From a virus, in IMG/VR virus record IMGVR_UViG_2687453534_000001: a DNA stretch of 64,000 bases. One strand, given 5' to 3'. Positions within the stretch are counted from its first letter, which is position 1; each line of letters begins with the position of its first letter. Shown here piece after piece: positions 1 through 9,414 of this stretch. Made by a program: the position numbers and the translations under genes. The notes beneath the pieces are model-generated. The model made no database searches. It worked only from the letters and a program-made list of their open reading frames with translations, and was not told the DNA's origin.

Positions 1-849
1 TTAGCGCAGATTGAACGTCGACGGATCGGGGCCGATGCGACCGTCGGCCGCGTCGAGCCCGGTGATGCGTTCTACCTCGTCGGTGCTGAGTTCGAATCCG
101 AATACATCGAAGTTGGCCGCGATGCGCGCCGGCGTCACCGACTTGGGAATGACGACGTTGCCCAGCTGAAGATGCCAACGCAGGATCACCTGCGCTGCGC
201 TCACCCCGTGGCCCTCGGCGATGGCGCCAATGGTCGGGTCGTCCAGGATCGTGCCCTGGCCAAGTGGCGACCATGCCTCGGTGAGAATGCCGTACTCGGC
301 GTGGAAGGCGCGCAGCTCGGGCTGGGTGAACCGGGGATGCAGCTCGATCTGGTTGAGAGCAGGCACTTCTCCGGTTTCATCGATCAGCCGCTGGAGATTC
401 TCGACGGTGAAATTGCTGACCCCGATGGCCTTGGCTCGGCCGTCGGCCTGGATTCGCTGCAGAGCCTTGAAGCTGGCCACGTACTCGTCGAGTTCGGGCA
501 CCGGCCAGTGGATCAGGTACAGGTCCACATAATCGGTCTCCAGCCGCTCCAGGGAGGCGTCAAACGCGCGTAGCGCGCTGTCATAGCCCTGATCGGCATT
601 CCACAGCTTGGTGGTCAGGAAGACATCCCCACGGGGAACCCCGGACTGCGCGATGGCGCGTCCTGTGCCCTCCTCGTTCTCGTACACCTTCGCGGTGTCG
701 ATGCTCCGGTATCCGACCTGCAGTGCGGTCGATACCGCCGCCTCGGCTTCGTCACTGGGCACTTGCCAGACGCCATAGCCGAGCTGGGGAATCGTGGTAC
801 CGGAATTGAGCGTCACGTTGGGGACTATCTGGGGAACCGTCACGGTCAA
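1..849 (-). CDS. Aldo/keto reductase (2,5-diketo-D-gluconate reductase-like), host gene
   Basis: 282-aa ORF with the AKR signature (LGYGVWQV, IDTAKVYENE, LYLIHWP, IGVSNF). TTG start at 849-847, stop at 3-1. High GC3. Confidence 0.88.
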   Translation of the reverse strand: MTVTVPQIVPNVTLNSGTTIPQLGYGVWQVPSDEAEAAVSTALQVGYRSIDTAKVYENEEGTGRAIAQSGVPRGDVFLTTKLWNADQGYDSALRAFDASLERLETDYVDLYLIHWPVPELDEYVASFKALQRIQADGRAKAIGVSNFTVENLQRLIDETGEVPALNQIELHPRFTQPELRAFHAEYGILTEAWSPLGQGTILDDPTIGAIAEGHGVSAAQVILRWHLQLGNVVIPKSVTPARIAANFDVFGFELSTDEVERITGLDAADGRIGPDPSTFNLR

Positions 850-899
850 CCCAACGCGGGGCGTCGCGGAGTATTCCCGGGGGTCTCGGGGGGTAAATG

Positions 900-935
900 A
901 AACGCCCCGCTCCCAATGCTGGGAGCGGGGCGTTT
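900..935 (-). terminator. Perfect hairpin immediately 3' of the tRNA-Lys fragment (tRNA terminator; also the AKR upstream region)
   Basis: AAACGCCCCGCTCCCA-atgc-TGGGAGCGGGGCGTTT, a 16-bp perfect inverted repeat seen directly in the sequence. Confidence 0.5.
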
Positions 936-939
936 CTGG

Positions 940-995
940 TGGTGCGCCGTCAGGGGCTCGAACCCCGGACCCGCTGATTAAGAGTCATCGAGTGC
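940..995 (-). tRNA. 3' portion of tRNA-Lys (CTT), probable attL core: anticodon arm, T-arm, acceptor 3' strand and CCA
   Basis: Reverse complement reads ...GACTCTTAATCAGCGGGTCCGGGGTTCGAGCCCCTGACGGCGCACCA, with anticodon loop CTCTTAA (CTT). No matching 5' acceptor or D-arm lies to the right; the sequence diverges into phage DNA next to the integrase. Confidence 0.6.
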
Positions 996-1135
996 GGTAG
1001 AATTGAGCTGCGGATAACCTCTATTTGCGCAGGTAAGCCCTATATACTGAACAACATAGTGCACCATAGTATTCATTCTTTTAGCTACAGCTAAGCTACA
1101 GCGGCAGGGCCTCGCGAGGCGTTTGCCCGACTCGG

Positions 1136-2608
1136 ATGACAACGACGGAGAACGAAGCCATGCGATGCCCAACCCCTCAACTCAAGGGTTATCCCGACAA
1201 GACTGCGGCAGCCGACGAGCTGGCCCGTCGTTATCGAAATCCGCCGAAGGCCGTCAAGCCGTACGAGTGCGACTGCGGAGCGTGGCACCTCACGCCGCGC
1301 CAGCGCGCAGGGCGCGGTGAGGGCAAGCCTTACAAGCGCGGGGATGGTATGTGGATCTGCGCTGTGACTGTGCCGGGTGCAGACGGCAAACAGAGGCGAA
1401 AAACGGTCTCAGCGAAGGACCGCGGTATGGCGCTTGATCGGCGCAAGAAGCTGCTGGAGGACATCGCCAAGGGGAACATCATCCAGTCGCCCAAGATCAC
1501 GGTCAGTCAATGGCTCGATCACTGGCTGGAAACTATCCACAAGCCGAACGTGAAGCCCAAGACCTACCGATACTACGAATCGGGGGTTCGTCTGCTGATC
1601 AAGCCACACATCGGCAAGAAGCAGCTCGCCAAGCTGACGCCCGAGGATGTTCGTGCGGTTATCAAGAAGATCAACGAAACGGGCTCGACACGGAACGCAG
1701 TCAAGGCGCACCAGATTCTTCAGAAGGCGCTCAAGAGTGCGATCAACGAAGGCGTACTTGAGCGCAACGTCGCCACGATGGTCAAGAAGCCCAGCCACGT
1801 GACTGCGGAGATTCAGCCGTTTACAGCGGCCGAAGCCAAGCACGTCATGAGGACTGCGATCGACTTGAATGACCCCCTGGCGGATCGTTGGAGTTTCGCG
1901 TTCCTGACGGTGGCCCGCCCGAGTGAACTCAACGGCCTTGAGTGGAGCCGGGTCGACTTCGACAACAAAGTCTTGGATCTGTCCTGGCAGCTACAAGAGC
2001 TGACGAATAAGAGGCACGGGTGCGGAGAGCCCAACGACGATGGCGTCTACCCCTGCAAGCGAAAGCGCGCGGCCTGGTGCCCGCAGGCGGAGTACGACTT
2101 CCAACCCGGCTTTGAGTACCGCCCCTGTCACGGTACTCAGGTGTGGACGCGCCCCAAGACGGCCGTGGGTAAGCGCTCGCTTCCTCTCATCAAGCCGCTG
2201 GAAACTATGTTGCGCTTGCGATTAGAGCGCCAGAAGCCCGGACACCTGGACCTAGTTTGGGCTCACGATGACGGTCGGCCGTATGGTCCGACGGAGATGA
2301 ATGAGCGATGGCATGCGCTCATGGTGGCCGCTGGGTTCGAGTTTGATGAATCCGTTACCGGCCGTAATGAAATTGAGATCGAATCTGGTAACTCGGAAAT
2401 CCCAGATTTGCCTAGCAGAATGCTCTATGCGTCAAGGCACACTGCCGCAACGCTTTTGATGGAACTGAAGGTCCCCGAAGATGTGCGGATGGCGATCATG
2501 GGTCAGAGTTCTGTTGTCGCGCATCGCGGTTACGTCCACGTGGATCAGACGCAGACGAAGGCAGCATTGTCAAAACTGGCCAAGTTGTTGAATCCAGCGC
2601 TACATTGA
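1136..2608 (+). CDS. int: Tyrosine integrase (site-specific recombinase, phage integrase family)
   Basis: C-terminal catalytic region (ASRHTAATLLMELKVPEDVRMAIMGQSSVVAHRGYVHVD). N-terminal arm-binding-like KRGDGMWICAVTV. Alternative ATG at 1160 has a GGAG RBS. Adjacent to attL. Confidence 0.9.
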   Translation: MTTTENEAMRCPTPQLKGYPDKTAAADELARRYRNPPKAVKPYECDCGAWHLTPRQRAGRGEGKPYKRGDGMWICAVTVPGADGKQRRKTVSAKDRGMALDRRKKLLEDIAKGNIIQSPKITVSQWLDHWLETIHKPNVKPKTYRYYESGVRLLIKPHIGKKQLAKLTPEDVRAVIKKINETGSTRNAVKAHQILQKALKSAINEGVLERNVATMVKKPSHVTAEIQPFTAAEAKHVMRTAIDLNDPLADRWSFAFLTVARPSELNGLEWSRVDFDNKVLDLSWQLQELTNKRHGCGEPNDDGVYPCKRKRAAWCPQAEYDFQPGFEYRPCHGTQVWTRPKTAVGKRSLPLIKPLETMLRLRLERQKPGHLDLVWAHDDGRPYGPTEMNERWHALMVAAGFEFDESVTGRNEIEIESGNSEIPDLPSRMLYASRHTAATLLMELKVPEDVRMAIMGQSSVVAHRGYVHVDQTQTKAALSKLAKLLNPALH

Positions 2609-2677
2609 GTCCCACGCGGGGGCTGTCAATTGGCAGGCTGCGCGCCGTAAAGCATCGTTGCCACGGCTGCGGGGCGC

Positions 2678-3031
2678 TTGTGGCGTATGGAACAGGGGAT
2701 GATCTTGTTTGTAGCCATATACCCCTCTGTCGGTGAGGTCATATATCACCACGTCGGGCCACACGCGATGGTGTACATCGGTCAGCTAATTCAGCTCGTC
2801 ACAGGGTCGGTTGTGGTGATCCCGTGCCGGCGTGTCAACGCCGCGCAGCTCGCGGTTCAGTTCTACGCGCTTCGACAACAGGATGTGTGGACAGAAACCG
2901 ATGATGGCCTGCTGACGCATGTGTCGGTGCCCATCGATTTGTCGTGGCAGGAGCGTCCCTGCGCCGCCCCGATCGACATGCGGCGAGGGTCGAAATGGCA
3001 ACCACGCGGCGGTCACCTACTCAACTGCTGA
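2678..3031 (+). CDS. Hypothetical protein between int and repressor (candidate lysogeny-expressed accessory gene)
   Basis: 117-aa ORF. GC3 is higher than GC1 in this frame. No recognisable domain. An antisense 76-aa ORF (2786..3016) is the alternative. Confidence 0.35.
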   Translation: MWRMEQGMILFVAIYPSVGEVIYHHVGPHAMVYIGQLIQLVTGSVVVIPCRRVNAAQLAVQFYALRQQDVWTETDDGLLTHVSVPIDLSWQERPCAAPIDMRRGSKWQPRGGHLLNC

Positions 3032-3040
3032 GTCTTGGCT

Positions 3041-3535
3041 TTACTTGGGGGTGTTGGTTCGAGTCTGGCGATTCGTTTTCTTTGGGGCTCCAGGCTCAGG
3101 TTTAGTCTTGGAGCCCAATACTTTTGGGGCACTTTCAGTGTCCCTGTCGCCATCATTTTCGCTCGCTTTGATCATCTCGCGCAAGAGCGACAGCATGAGG
3201 CCGAGCTGAGCGTCACCCAATTTTTCGGCGCCAGGGGGCAGCATCGCCGCCAGTCGTGAGACGTCCTCTTCGACGGGTAGGCCGACAGATCGGGCTATCG
3301 ACAGCAATATGACATCGAGCTTCACGTTGAGCGCGCGAGCCATGCCTTCTATCGATGCGGGTTCTGGGAACTCCTTGACTTTGATCCCGTTGGTGATCTG
3401 GTTCCAACGTTGGGCCTTCACCACTCCGCCGCTGGCGTCCTCTAGGTCCTTGTATGTCCGATCACCCTTGAGCGTGAGTATCAGGTCTTGGAGAGTCAAC
3501 CCATCCTCATCGCTACTCGCGTTGGTTATAGGCAT
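3041..3535 (-). CDS. Immunity repressor, XRE-family HTH
   Basis: HTH segment RTYKDLEDASGGVVKAQRWNQI. Divergent from the cro-like operon across the operator-rich intergenic region. Confidence 0.7.
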   Translation of the reverse strand: MPITNASSDEDGLTLQDLILTLKGDRTYKDLEDASGGVVKAQRWNQITNGIKVKEFPEPASIEGMARALNVKLDVILLSIARSVGLPVEEDVSRLAAMLPPGAEKLGDAQLGLMLSLLREMIKASENDGDRDTESAPKVLGSKTKPEPGAPKKTNRQTRTNTPK

Positions 3536-3549
3536 CTTGTCTTCCGATC

Positions 3550-3795
3550 GTCGGTGTTCACTAGTAGTTAGCGGCCCTATCAGTTCTATTTGATCTCGAA
3601 ATTACCGGTAATGCAACTAGTAGCTCGTGGTTGCTGAACCTTACAACATCACTGCTCAGTGCGCAGGGCTTCGTTAGTCCGCCCGCGTGGCGGACTAGTA
3701 GATTCGCTAGACACGCCATATCAGTGGTTGACAGAGTGATAGCTAGTAGTTGATGATCTACGCATCCCGTTCACCTACTAGTCACCGCATCGTTA
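3550..3795. promoter_or_regulatory. Divergent early promoter/operator region with an ACTAGT palindrome array
   Basis: ACTAGTAG-type sites near 3560, 3616, 3695, 3743 and 3777. 23-bp palindrome TAGTCCGCCcgcgTGGCGGACTA at about 3675-3697. TTGACA at 3728-3733. Confidence 0.6.
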
Positions 3796-3799
3796 TGGG

Positions 3800-4111
3800 G
3801 TGACGCTGAAGGGTTGTGAATACGTGGCGCACGATGTCAGATCAGTCGAGGTCAAGAACCTACCGCTGCTGCGCAGCCTGGTCGGTCCTGAGCCCGAGAA
3901 GCTGATGACGGCTCGTAATCTGGCTCAAAGAATCGGCAAGCACCCGTCTTTCATCGGCCACCTCCTCAGTGGCGATCCCGATCGTTGCCGAACCTTCTCT
4001 ATCGAAGTGGCGCAGGCGATTTCGGTGGCTCTCGGCGTGAAGATGTCGAATCTTTTTCAGCCCGCATCATCAATTACCAGACAACGACGTACCAACCAAC
4101 AGGCGAGTTGA
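3800..4111 (+). CDS. Cro-like HTH transcriptional regulator
   Basis: GTG start, no SD (possibly leaderless). HTH MTARNLAQRIGKHPSFIGHLLSG. An internal ATG at 3905 is an alternative start. Confidence 0.6.
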   Translation: MTLKGCEYVAHDVRSVEVKNLPLLRSLVGPEPEKLMTARNLAQRIGKHPSFIGHLLSGDPDRCRTFSIEVAQAISVALGVKMSNLFQPASSITRQRRTNQQAS

Positions 4112-4347
4112 TGTCCGATCTGATCACGGGCGAGATCACCGTCGGAATGGAACCGATCTTCGTACCCAAGAAGGTCGCCGCTGCGGCGCTGGGTGCGATC
4201 TCTCTGAACAAGCTCAATGAACTCATTAGGACAGGTCGTATCAATCCCCGAGTGTTAGACGGACGCGTGATGTTCACACCCGAGGAGTTGCGGAGATTTG
4301 CTGCCGAGCTGCCCTCTTGGGAGCCCCCAGAGAGTCGGGGGCACTGA
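4111..4347 (+). CDS. Small HTH DNA-binding protein (excisionase/MerR-like)
   Basis: 78 aa. ISLNKLNELIRTGRINPRVLDGRVMFTPEEL. TGATG overlap with the upstream gene. Confidence 0.55.
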   Translation: MSDLITGEITVGMEPIFVPKKVAAAALGAISLNKLNELIRTGRINPRVLDGRVMFTPEELRRFAAELPSWEPPESRGH

Positions 4348-5705
4348 TGGCGCTGAAACTCGGTTCACTGTTTTCGGGCGCTGGAGGCCTGGATCTTGGT
4401 GTCACTTCCATCTTCGACGCTGAGACCGTCTGGATCTGCGAATTCAACAAAGACGCTCAGAAGGTGCTCGCGGCCCGCTTTCCGGGTTTACCCAACTTGA
4501 TCGACGTGACCGCCGTGGACTGGACCACGGTCGAGGGTGTTGACATCCTGTGCGGCGGTTTTCCCTGCCAGGACGTGAGTTGCGCGGGTGTCCGCAAGGG
4601 GTTGACCGATGGAACGCGCTCGGGCCTGTGGTCCTACTTCGCCGAGGCCATCTCAGTGCTTCGCCCGAAGTTCGTCGTGATTGAGAACGTGAGGGGTCTA
4701 CTCAGTGCAACCGCCGATCGCAACATGGAACCCAGCGACTCAGACCTGGGAGAAGACGCAGGACAGCCTTCACTCAACGCGGCCGGAGCCGTACTCGGAG
4801 ACCTGGCCGGACTCGGGTATAACGCGAGCTGGCGGACTGTATCCGCGTCATGGTGGGGAGCCCCGCATCAGCGCGAACGAGTCTTCATCCTTGCCTATCG
4901 CGCCGACCTCACGGCGGCAGAAGTCGAAGAAGCAATCCGACCCGAATCAGGAGTCATTCCTGACCTGACCGGTATCGGCGACGGTGATCTACTGCCGACG
5001 CCCACCGCGGGGTACTACACCCGCGGGTCTAAGCATCTGATGCTGCCGTACGTCGCGCAGTACGCAACGGGACATGATCCGGTGCCGAATCGGCCAGACC
5101 TCAAGGGTCGGCCCGATCCGCTGCTGCCGACGCCCATTGCGCTCCAGAACAACACGCACAACAGCGCGGGCAAGCCGATGTTGACCGGGCTGGTCAAGGA
5201 GCTGTTCCCCACACCGCGGGTGAGCGACGGCAACGGTGGTGCGGGGCACCACGGCACCGGCGGACCTGATTTACGGACGGCCATCGATGACACGTTCGCG
5301 CTCATGCCCACGCCGATGGCTACAGACGGTGTTCGTAAGGGGTATCACCCGAATCGGCGTCGCGAAATCGGCATCGGTGTATCGATCGTTCAGATGATCG
5401 ACCTCGCGGTCGCGTACAACGAACCCGAGTGGCACCAGTACGACCCCGCGGTGAAGCGGTGGGAAGCCCTCTTCCGACCCGCGCCATACCCCGTGGTCCC
5501 TGGTGGCGGGTCGCCGCAACTGAATCCGCGGTTCGCCGAGTGGATGATGGGCTGGCCGCTGGATTGGGTCAATATCGAAGGACTCTCACGGCGCGCGCAA
5601 CTGCGCATCTGTGGCAATGGCGTGGTGCCGCAACAGGCAGCCGGCGCGCTGCGCTGGATGCTCAGTGACCTACTCGCAGAGCTGCATGCGTCGGTGGCGG
5701 CATGA
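4347..5705 (+). CDS. DNA (cytosine-5)-methyltransferase (orphan Dcm-type)
   Basis: Motif I LFSGAGGLDLG, motif IV GGFPCQDVS, motif VI ENVRGL. TGATG coupling. No adjacent restriction endonuclease. Confidence 0.9.
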   Translation: MALKLGSLFSGAGGLDLGVTSIFDAETVWICEFNKDAQKVLAARFPGLPNLIDVTAVDWTTVEGVDILCGGFPCQDVSCAGVRKGLTDGTRSGLWSYFAEAISVLRPKFVVIENVRGLLSATADRNMEPSDSDLGEDAGQPSLNAAGAVLGDLAGLGYNASWRTVSASWWGAPHQRERVFILAYRADLTAAEVEEAIRPESGVIPDLTGIGDGDLLPTPTAGYYTRGSKHLMLPYVAQYATGHDPVPNRPDLKGRPDPLLPTPIALQNNTHNSAGKPMLTGLVKELFPTPRVSDGNGGAGHHGTGGPDLRTAIDDTFALMPTPMATDGVRKGYHPNRRREIGIGVSIVQMIDLAVAYNEPEWHQYDPAVKRWEALFRPAPYPVVPGGGSPQLNPRFAEWMMGWPLDWVNIEGLSRRAQLRICGNGVVPQQAAGALRWMLSDLLAELHASVAA

Positions 5706-6469
5706 GCACCGTTGACCAGTACATACCCGCGGTCGAGCTACTGGAGCCGCTAGGACTGACCTGGAGTCATCAGACCAACCTCTCTGGATTACTCGGGGCC
5801 AACGACGAGGGCAAGGACCTCGCGGCGATCGACCGGGCCGACCTCAAGGCATACCAGGTCGCCACCGCAGAAATGGAAATGGTCAGCATCCTTCCGACCT
5901 TCGTCCACGACCAGCTCGAAGCAATCGCGATTCCCGACCGAATCGTGTACTACCGCCACAACTTCTATCTGATGGGCATCGAGACGGGCGCGGAGGTTCA
6001 TCGCTCGACGATCGCACTCATGGCGTTGGCCGCGCGAGGCAAGAGCTACGACCCCGCGGCTAAGAAGCGCATCAAGGGTCTACCGATGGACATCGACCGC
6101 GGGCTGATCGTGCACATCCCCGAGGGTGCGAAGAAGGCCACCGTGCACTGGGTCAACCTGCTACGCGGATGGGGCGATGTGTCGCTGGCACACCGGCTCT
6201 CTGAGCTTCGCAAGCGCACCATCAAGGACTACATCGCGCCCGTGCGGCGTCCCGACGACCGGCCCAAGAACGCTCAGGCGTACCGCCGTCGCGGCCAGTT
6301 CGACAACTTTTCAAACAGGACACGCAAGCGGTTCGACGTACTCGCGGCACGCGCGAAGGACATCGAAGAGCTGCGCGACGTGTACACGCGAGCGCACAAG
6401 AACATTGCGCTCACCCCCAGCTTCAAAGAGGCATGCAAACGACGGCTAGCGGAGCTGTCGGCCTCCTAG
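5702..6469 (+). CDS. Exonuclease-like protein, divergent paralog of the 9411..10340 Cas4/RecB-like gene
   Basis: Shares HxP..G..K...HWV.L.RGW and the C-terminal ...KRRLAELSAS with the 9411 protein. No obvious D..K catalytic motif. Confidence 0.55.
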   Translation: MSTVDQYIPAVELLEPLGLTWSHQTNLSGLLGANDEGKDLAAIDRADLKAYQVATAEMEMVSILPTFVHDQLEAIAIPDRIVYYRHNFYLMGIETGAEVHRSTIALMALAARGKSYDPAAKKRIKGLPMDIDRGLIVHIPEGAKKATVHWVNLLRGWGDVSLAHRLSELRKRTIKDYIAPVRRPDDRPKNAQAYRRRGQFDNFSNRTRKRFDVLAARAKDIEELRDVYTRAHKNIALTPSFKEACKRRLAELSAS

Positions 6470-6511
6470 AAGGGCATCACAACAACGACACCAACGAATG
6501 GAAGGAATGAG

Positions 6512-6619
6512 ATGTCATCCAAAGAAATGACTTTCGGCGACTACGCGTCCTGGCTGATGTTGGCCATGACCGGGCCGATCGTCGCGGCGGCGTACCTGAT
6601 CCGAGTGGGGGCGTTCTGA
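6512..6619 (+). CDS. Small hydrophobic protein (35 aa)
   Basis: GGAAGGA RBS. MSSKEMTFGDYASWLMLAMTGPIVAAAYLIRVGAF. Stop overlaps the ATG of the next gene (TGATG). Confidence 0.4.
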   Translation: MSSKEMTFGDYASWLMLAMTGPIVAAAYLIRVGAF

Positions 6620-6942
6620 TGGACACCAACTACCCGACATACCCCAGCGGCACCATCGCGTACTGGGTATGCCCACGCAACGACAACCATGTCTCAGTAC
6701 TGTTGCGAGACGCCAACGGCTGGAACCTTTCCGGGGTTGCTGAGCGTGGCAATTTCACCATGTTCATGGAGCCTCTTAAGTTGGGCCTCGCGCTGTTGAC
6801 AGGTCATTCGATCCCGGTCATCAGCGACCAAGACTTCCATGAACTCCAGCAGGGACCCAAGCCGATGGTCGTGACCATCGTGCACATTCCCACCGCGCCG
6901 TTGATCACCGACGAGGACGAAGAGGTGGCCGACCATGCGTGA
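6619..6942 (+). CDS. Hypothetical protein (paralog of the next gene)
   Basis: N-terminal IAYWVCPRNDNHVSVLLRDANGW matches MVFTICPDNDNHAVFGLRAEDGW in the downstream ORF. Confidence 0.6.
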   Translation: MDTNYPTYPSGTIAYWVCPRNDNHVSVLLRDANGWNLSGVAERGNFTMFMEPLKLGLALLTGHSIPVISDQDFHELQQGPKPMVVTIVHIPTAPLITDEDEEVADHA

Positions 6943-7483
6943 GTATTCCACGGGTTCAATGGTGTTCACCATCTGCCCGGACAACGACAACCACGCCGTT
7001 TTCGGTCTACGCGCCGAGGACGGCTGGTATCTCATGCAGGTCACCGAATCGAGCACGCTCAAGATCACCCAAGAGCCGTCCACCGACGAGGAGATAATGG
7101 GCGATCTGGATATGACGTGGATCGTCTGCCGCGACCCGTCGATGACGATCATCGGGCCGGATAAGACGCGGCCGGACGAGTGTCCCAGTGGGAGTATCAT
7201 TTTCAGCCGGATGGATGATCATCCGTTCGCGATCGTCGCTGGCCTGAAAACGCTCGACGGCTGGGAATTCGCGCGTATCAACCCAGAAGGCAAGTTTGAG
7301 GCGATGGCGTTCATCCATCACCTGCTGACTCACCACTTGGGAATGAACGTCGGACTACCGCAGGACGAAAACGTCTTCGGTAGCGACAGTGTTGACCCGC
7401 GGTACGTGATCGGTGGCGACTGGACAATCGTCCACGTCCCCACGGTCGTCACCACCCCGGTATCGAAGGCGGCGGAGAACTAA
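6935..7483 (+). CDS. Hypothetical protein (paralog of 6619..6942 with a C-terminal extension)
   Basis: 182-aa ORF sharing the CP.NDNH...G.R...GW N-terminus with the upstream gene. Confidence 0.6.
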   Translation: MREYSTGSMVFTICPDNDNHAVFGLRAEDGWYLMQVTESSTLKITQEPSTDEEIMGDLDMTWIVCRDPSMTIIGPDKTRPDECPSGSIIFSRMDDHPFAIVAGLKTLDGWEFARINPEGKFEAMAFIHHLLTHHLGMNVGLPQDENVFGSDSVDPRYVIGGDWTIVHVPTVVTTPVSKAAEN

Positions 7484-8010
7484 TGGACCTGATCGTGGTG
7501 GACCTAGAGACCACAGGTCTTGACACCGATGTTCACTCGATTCTGGAGGTGGCGGCGGTCAACGTCGCCACCGGCCAGGAACTCTACTTTGTGCCCTACA
7601 TCAAGCCTGATCAGATGATGTTGGCCGACCCGGAAGCGTTGCGTATCAACAGGTATTACGAGCGCGGCGTGTTCCGCAAGATGCTCAAAAGTCCGGCCGA
7701 CAACGTCCAAGCCTATCGCGAGCTGTTCGACATGCTGAAAGACAACAGGCTCGGCGGCGCTAACCCGCGGTTCGACGCCGACATGCTGGTCAGGGCGGCG
7801 GGCTACGCGGAGTCTTGGCACTACCGACTGGCCGATGTGTGCGCGTACGTCAGTGGCGCTCTGGGATTCGACCCGAGCGACATTCGCGGCCTGCACGACG
7901 TGTGTGTATCACTCTCGGTGGACACCGGCGCTGAGCACAGCGCCCTAGACGACGCCAGGGCGACCGCAGCATGCTTCCGGGCCGCCGCACTGGGACCACG
8001 GAGTCGATGA
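7483..8010 (+). CDS. DnaQ-like 3'-5' exonuclease (DEDDh)
   Basis: Exo I DLIVVDLETTGLD and Exo III HSALDDARAT. Confidence 0.8.
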   Translation: MDLIVVDLETTGLDTDVHSILEVAAVNVATGQELYFVPYIKPDQMMLADPEALRINRYYERGVFRKMLKSPADNVQAYRELFDMLKDNRLGGANPRFDADMLVRAAGYAESWHYRLADVCAYVSGALGFDPSDIRGLHDVCVSLSVDTGAEHSALDDARATAACFRAAALGPRSR

Positions 8011-8423
8011 TGGGAAGGCTCAAAGAGTGGTTCGGCCAACTCGTGCAACAGCTTCCGTCGCTAGACGTGGAGGCGCGCGTAGAGGTCGACAACTGGCTGA
8101 CCGCAGGCAACAACCTGATCGTGGAGGCCGGGGCGCAGGACCATCAGTTGTTCCTGCGCATGAACGGTAGTGACTGGCCGCTGCGATCGGGCACGTACGC
8201 GCTGGTGACCAGTCAGGGTCGGCGGCTGCTGCTGTCAACGCACTGGGACGAAGTTGACGACTGGGCGGTCTACGTCGGCACCGAGACGGTAGACCAGCAC
8301 GACACACCTCCGGTGTGGGACGTGAAGTTCCGCATCGTCCCCTTTCACCGAGTTAGGGACCCCCTGGTCATCATCGCCCTGGAGGACGGGGAGTTCCTGA
8401 CGGACATTGAGGAGATCGCATGA
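8007..8423 (+). CDS. Hypothetical protein
   Basis: ATGATG start overlaps the upstream stop. Consistent coding GC3. Confidence 0.5.
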   Translation: MMGRLKEWFGQLVQQLPSLDVEARVEVDNWLTAGNNLIVEAGAQDHQLFLRMNGSDWPLRSGTYALVTSQGRRLLLSTHWDEVDDWAVYVGTETVDQHDTPPVWDVKFRIVPFHRVRDPLVIIALEDGEFLTDIEEIA

Positions 8424-9139
8424 CACTCGCACTGGTCACCGACGACATGACGACAGGTGTTCTGAAAACCACTGATGGTGAGCGTAACTCGCGCAAAAAG
8501 CTGTACTGGAAACGTCGGCGAGAAGCGCTATCGGCCGTCGCGCTGGAACGCTTGGCAGATCTGGGCATTGCGTTCCCGGTGGTCGCGGGAACCATGACTA
8601 TCCCCGAGGTTTGCGACTACTTCGGCATCAGCCGATCGACACTTACCAACATTGCCCGCCAGTACTACGAAGAGCTGATCGAGGTCGGTTACATGCCCGG
8701 CAGCGTGACACAGCCGACGCGGTACAGCGAGTTGGCGCTTGCGCATGTTGCGATGATCCTGCGACCCAGCACATCTGATCAGGCGATGATCATCCAGAAG
8801 GCGCTAGGCATCTACCGCGCACCTCGCGGAGCCGTCAAGGTGCACAACCAGAGCGGTGCTCACGTCAAGGTCTGCGGCCGCGTGCTCGATGAGGCATACA
8901 AGCTGATTAGTGAGATTCGCGAGGATGACCCCGAGGAGGTCTGGAAGGCGCTGGAGAAGCGCAATCGCCATGAGCTGCAAGTGCTCACGGTTGCGCTGGC
9001 GGCGCTCGTGCCGAATGACCGCGGCGGACTACGCGCCTGGCTGGCCGAAATCGGTCTGGGCATCCGCTCGGACGCTCAGAACAAGGCAGCGGTCGGACTG
9101 GCCAGCTTGGTCCCGAGTCGTCAGCAGGTGTCTGAGTGA
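8420..9139 (+). CDS. Putative HTH DNA-binding protein
   Basis: GAGGAG RBS. HTH-like MTIPEVCDYFGISRSTLTNIARQ. Confidence 0.55.
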   Translation: MTLALVTDDMTTGVLKTTDGERNSRKKLYWKRRREALSAVALERLADLGIAFPVVAGTMTIPEVCDYFGISRSTLTNIARQYYEELIEVGYMPGSVTQPTRYSELALAHVAMILRPSTSDQAMIIQKALGIYRAPRGAVKVHNQSGAHVKVCGRVLDEAYKLISEIREDDPEEVWKALEKRNRHELQVLTVALAALVPNDRGGLRAWLAEIGLGIRSDAQNKAAVGLASLVPSRQQVSE

Positions 9140-9414
9140 ACGAAGTCCCGGCGCGTCGCCGCGCGGTCTACGACGGTGACGCGCGCGAGGTTGCCAACAC
9201 CCCCCAACTGCTGGGGCCATGCTCCCGTGGCATTTTCTGGCGACCCGTGTCAGCGGCGTACGACAGCGAAAACGACAACACCACAGTCGTATTCGCACCC
9301 GTACCGCGCGACGAGGTGATGGCGATTGCTGCCAAGCAGCTTGACGCGCATCGCGAGACGCTGATTGACCTCGCTGCCAGTGGGCTTCTCGACACCAAGG
9401 GGGCACGCAAGTGA
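9136..9414 (+). CDS. Hypothetical protein
   Basis: GTG start in GTGA overlap. 92 aa. Confidence 0.5.
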   Translation: MNEVPARRRAVYDGDAREVANTPQLLGPCSRGIFWRPVSAAYDSENDNTTVVFAPVPRDEVMAIAAKQLDAHRETLIDLAASGLLDTKGARK

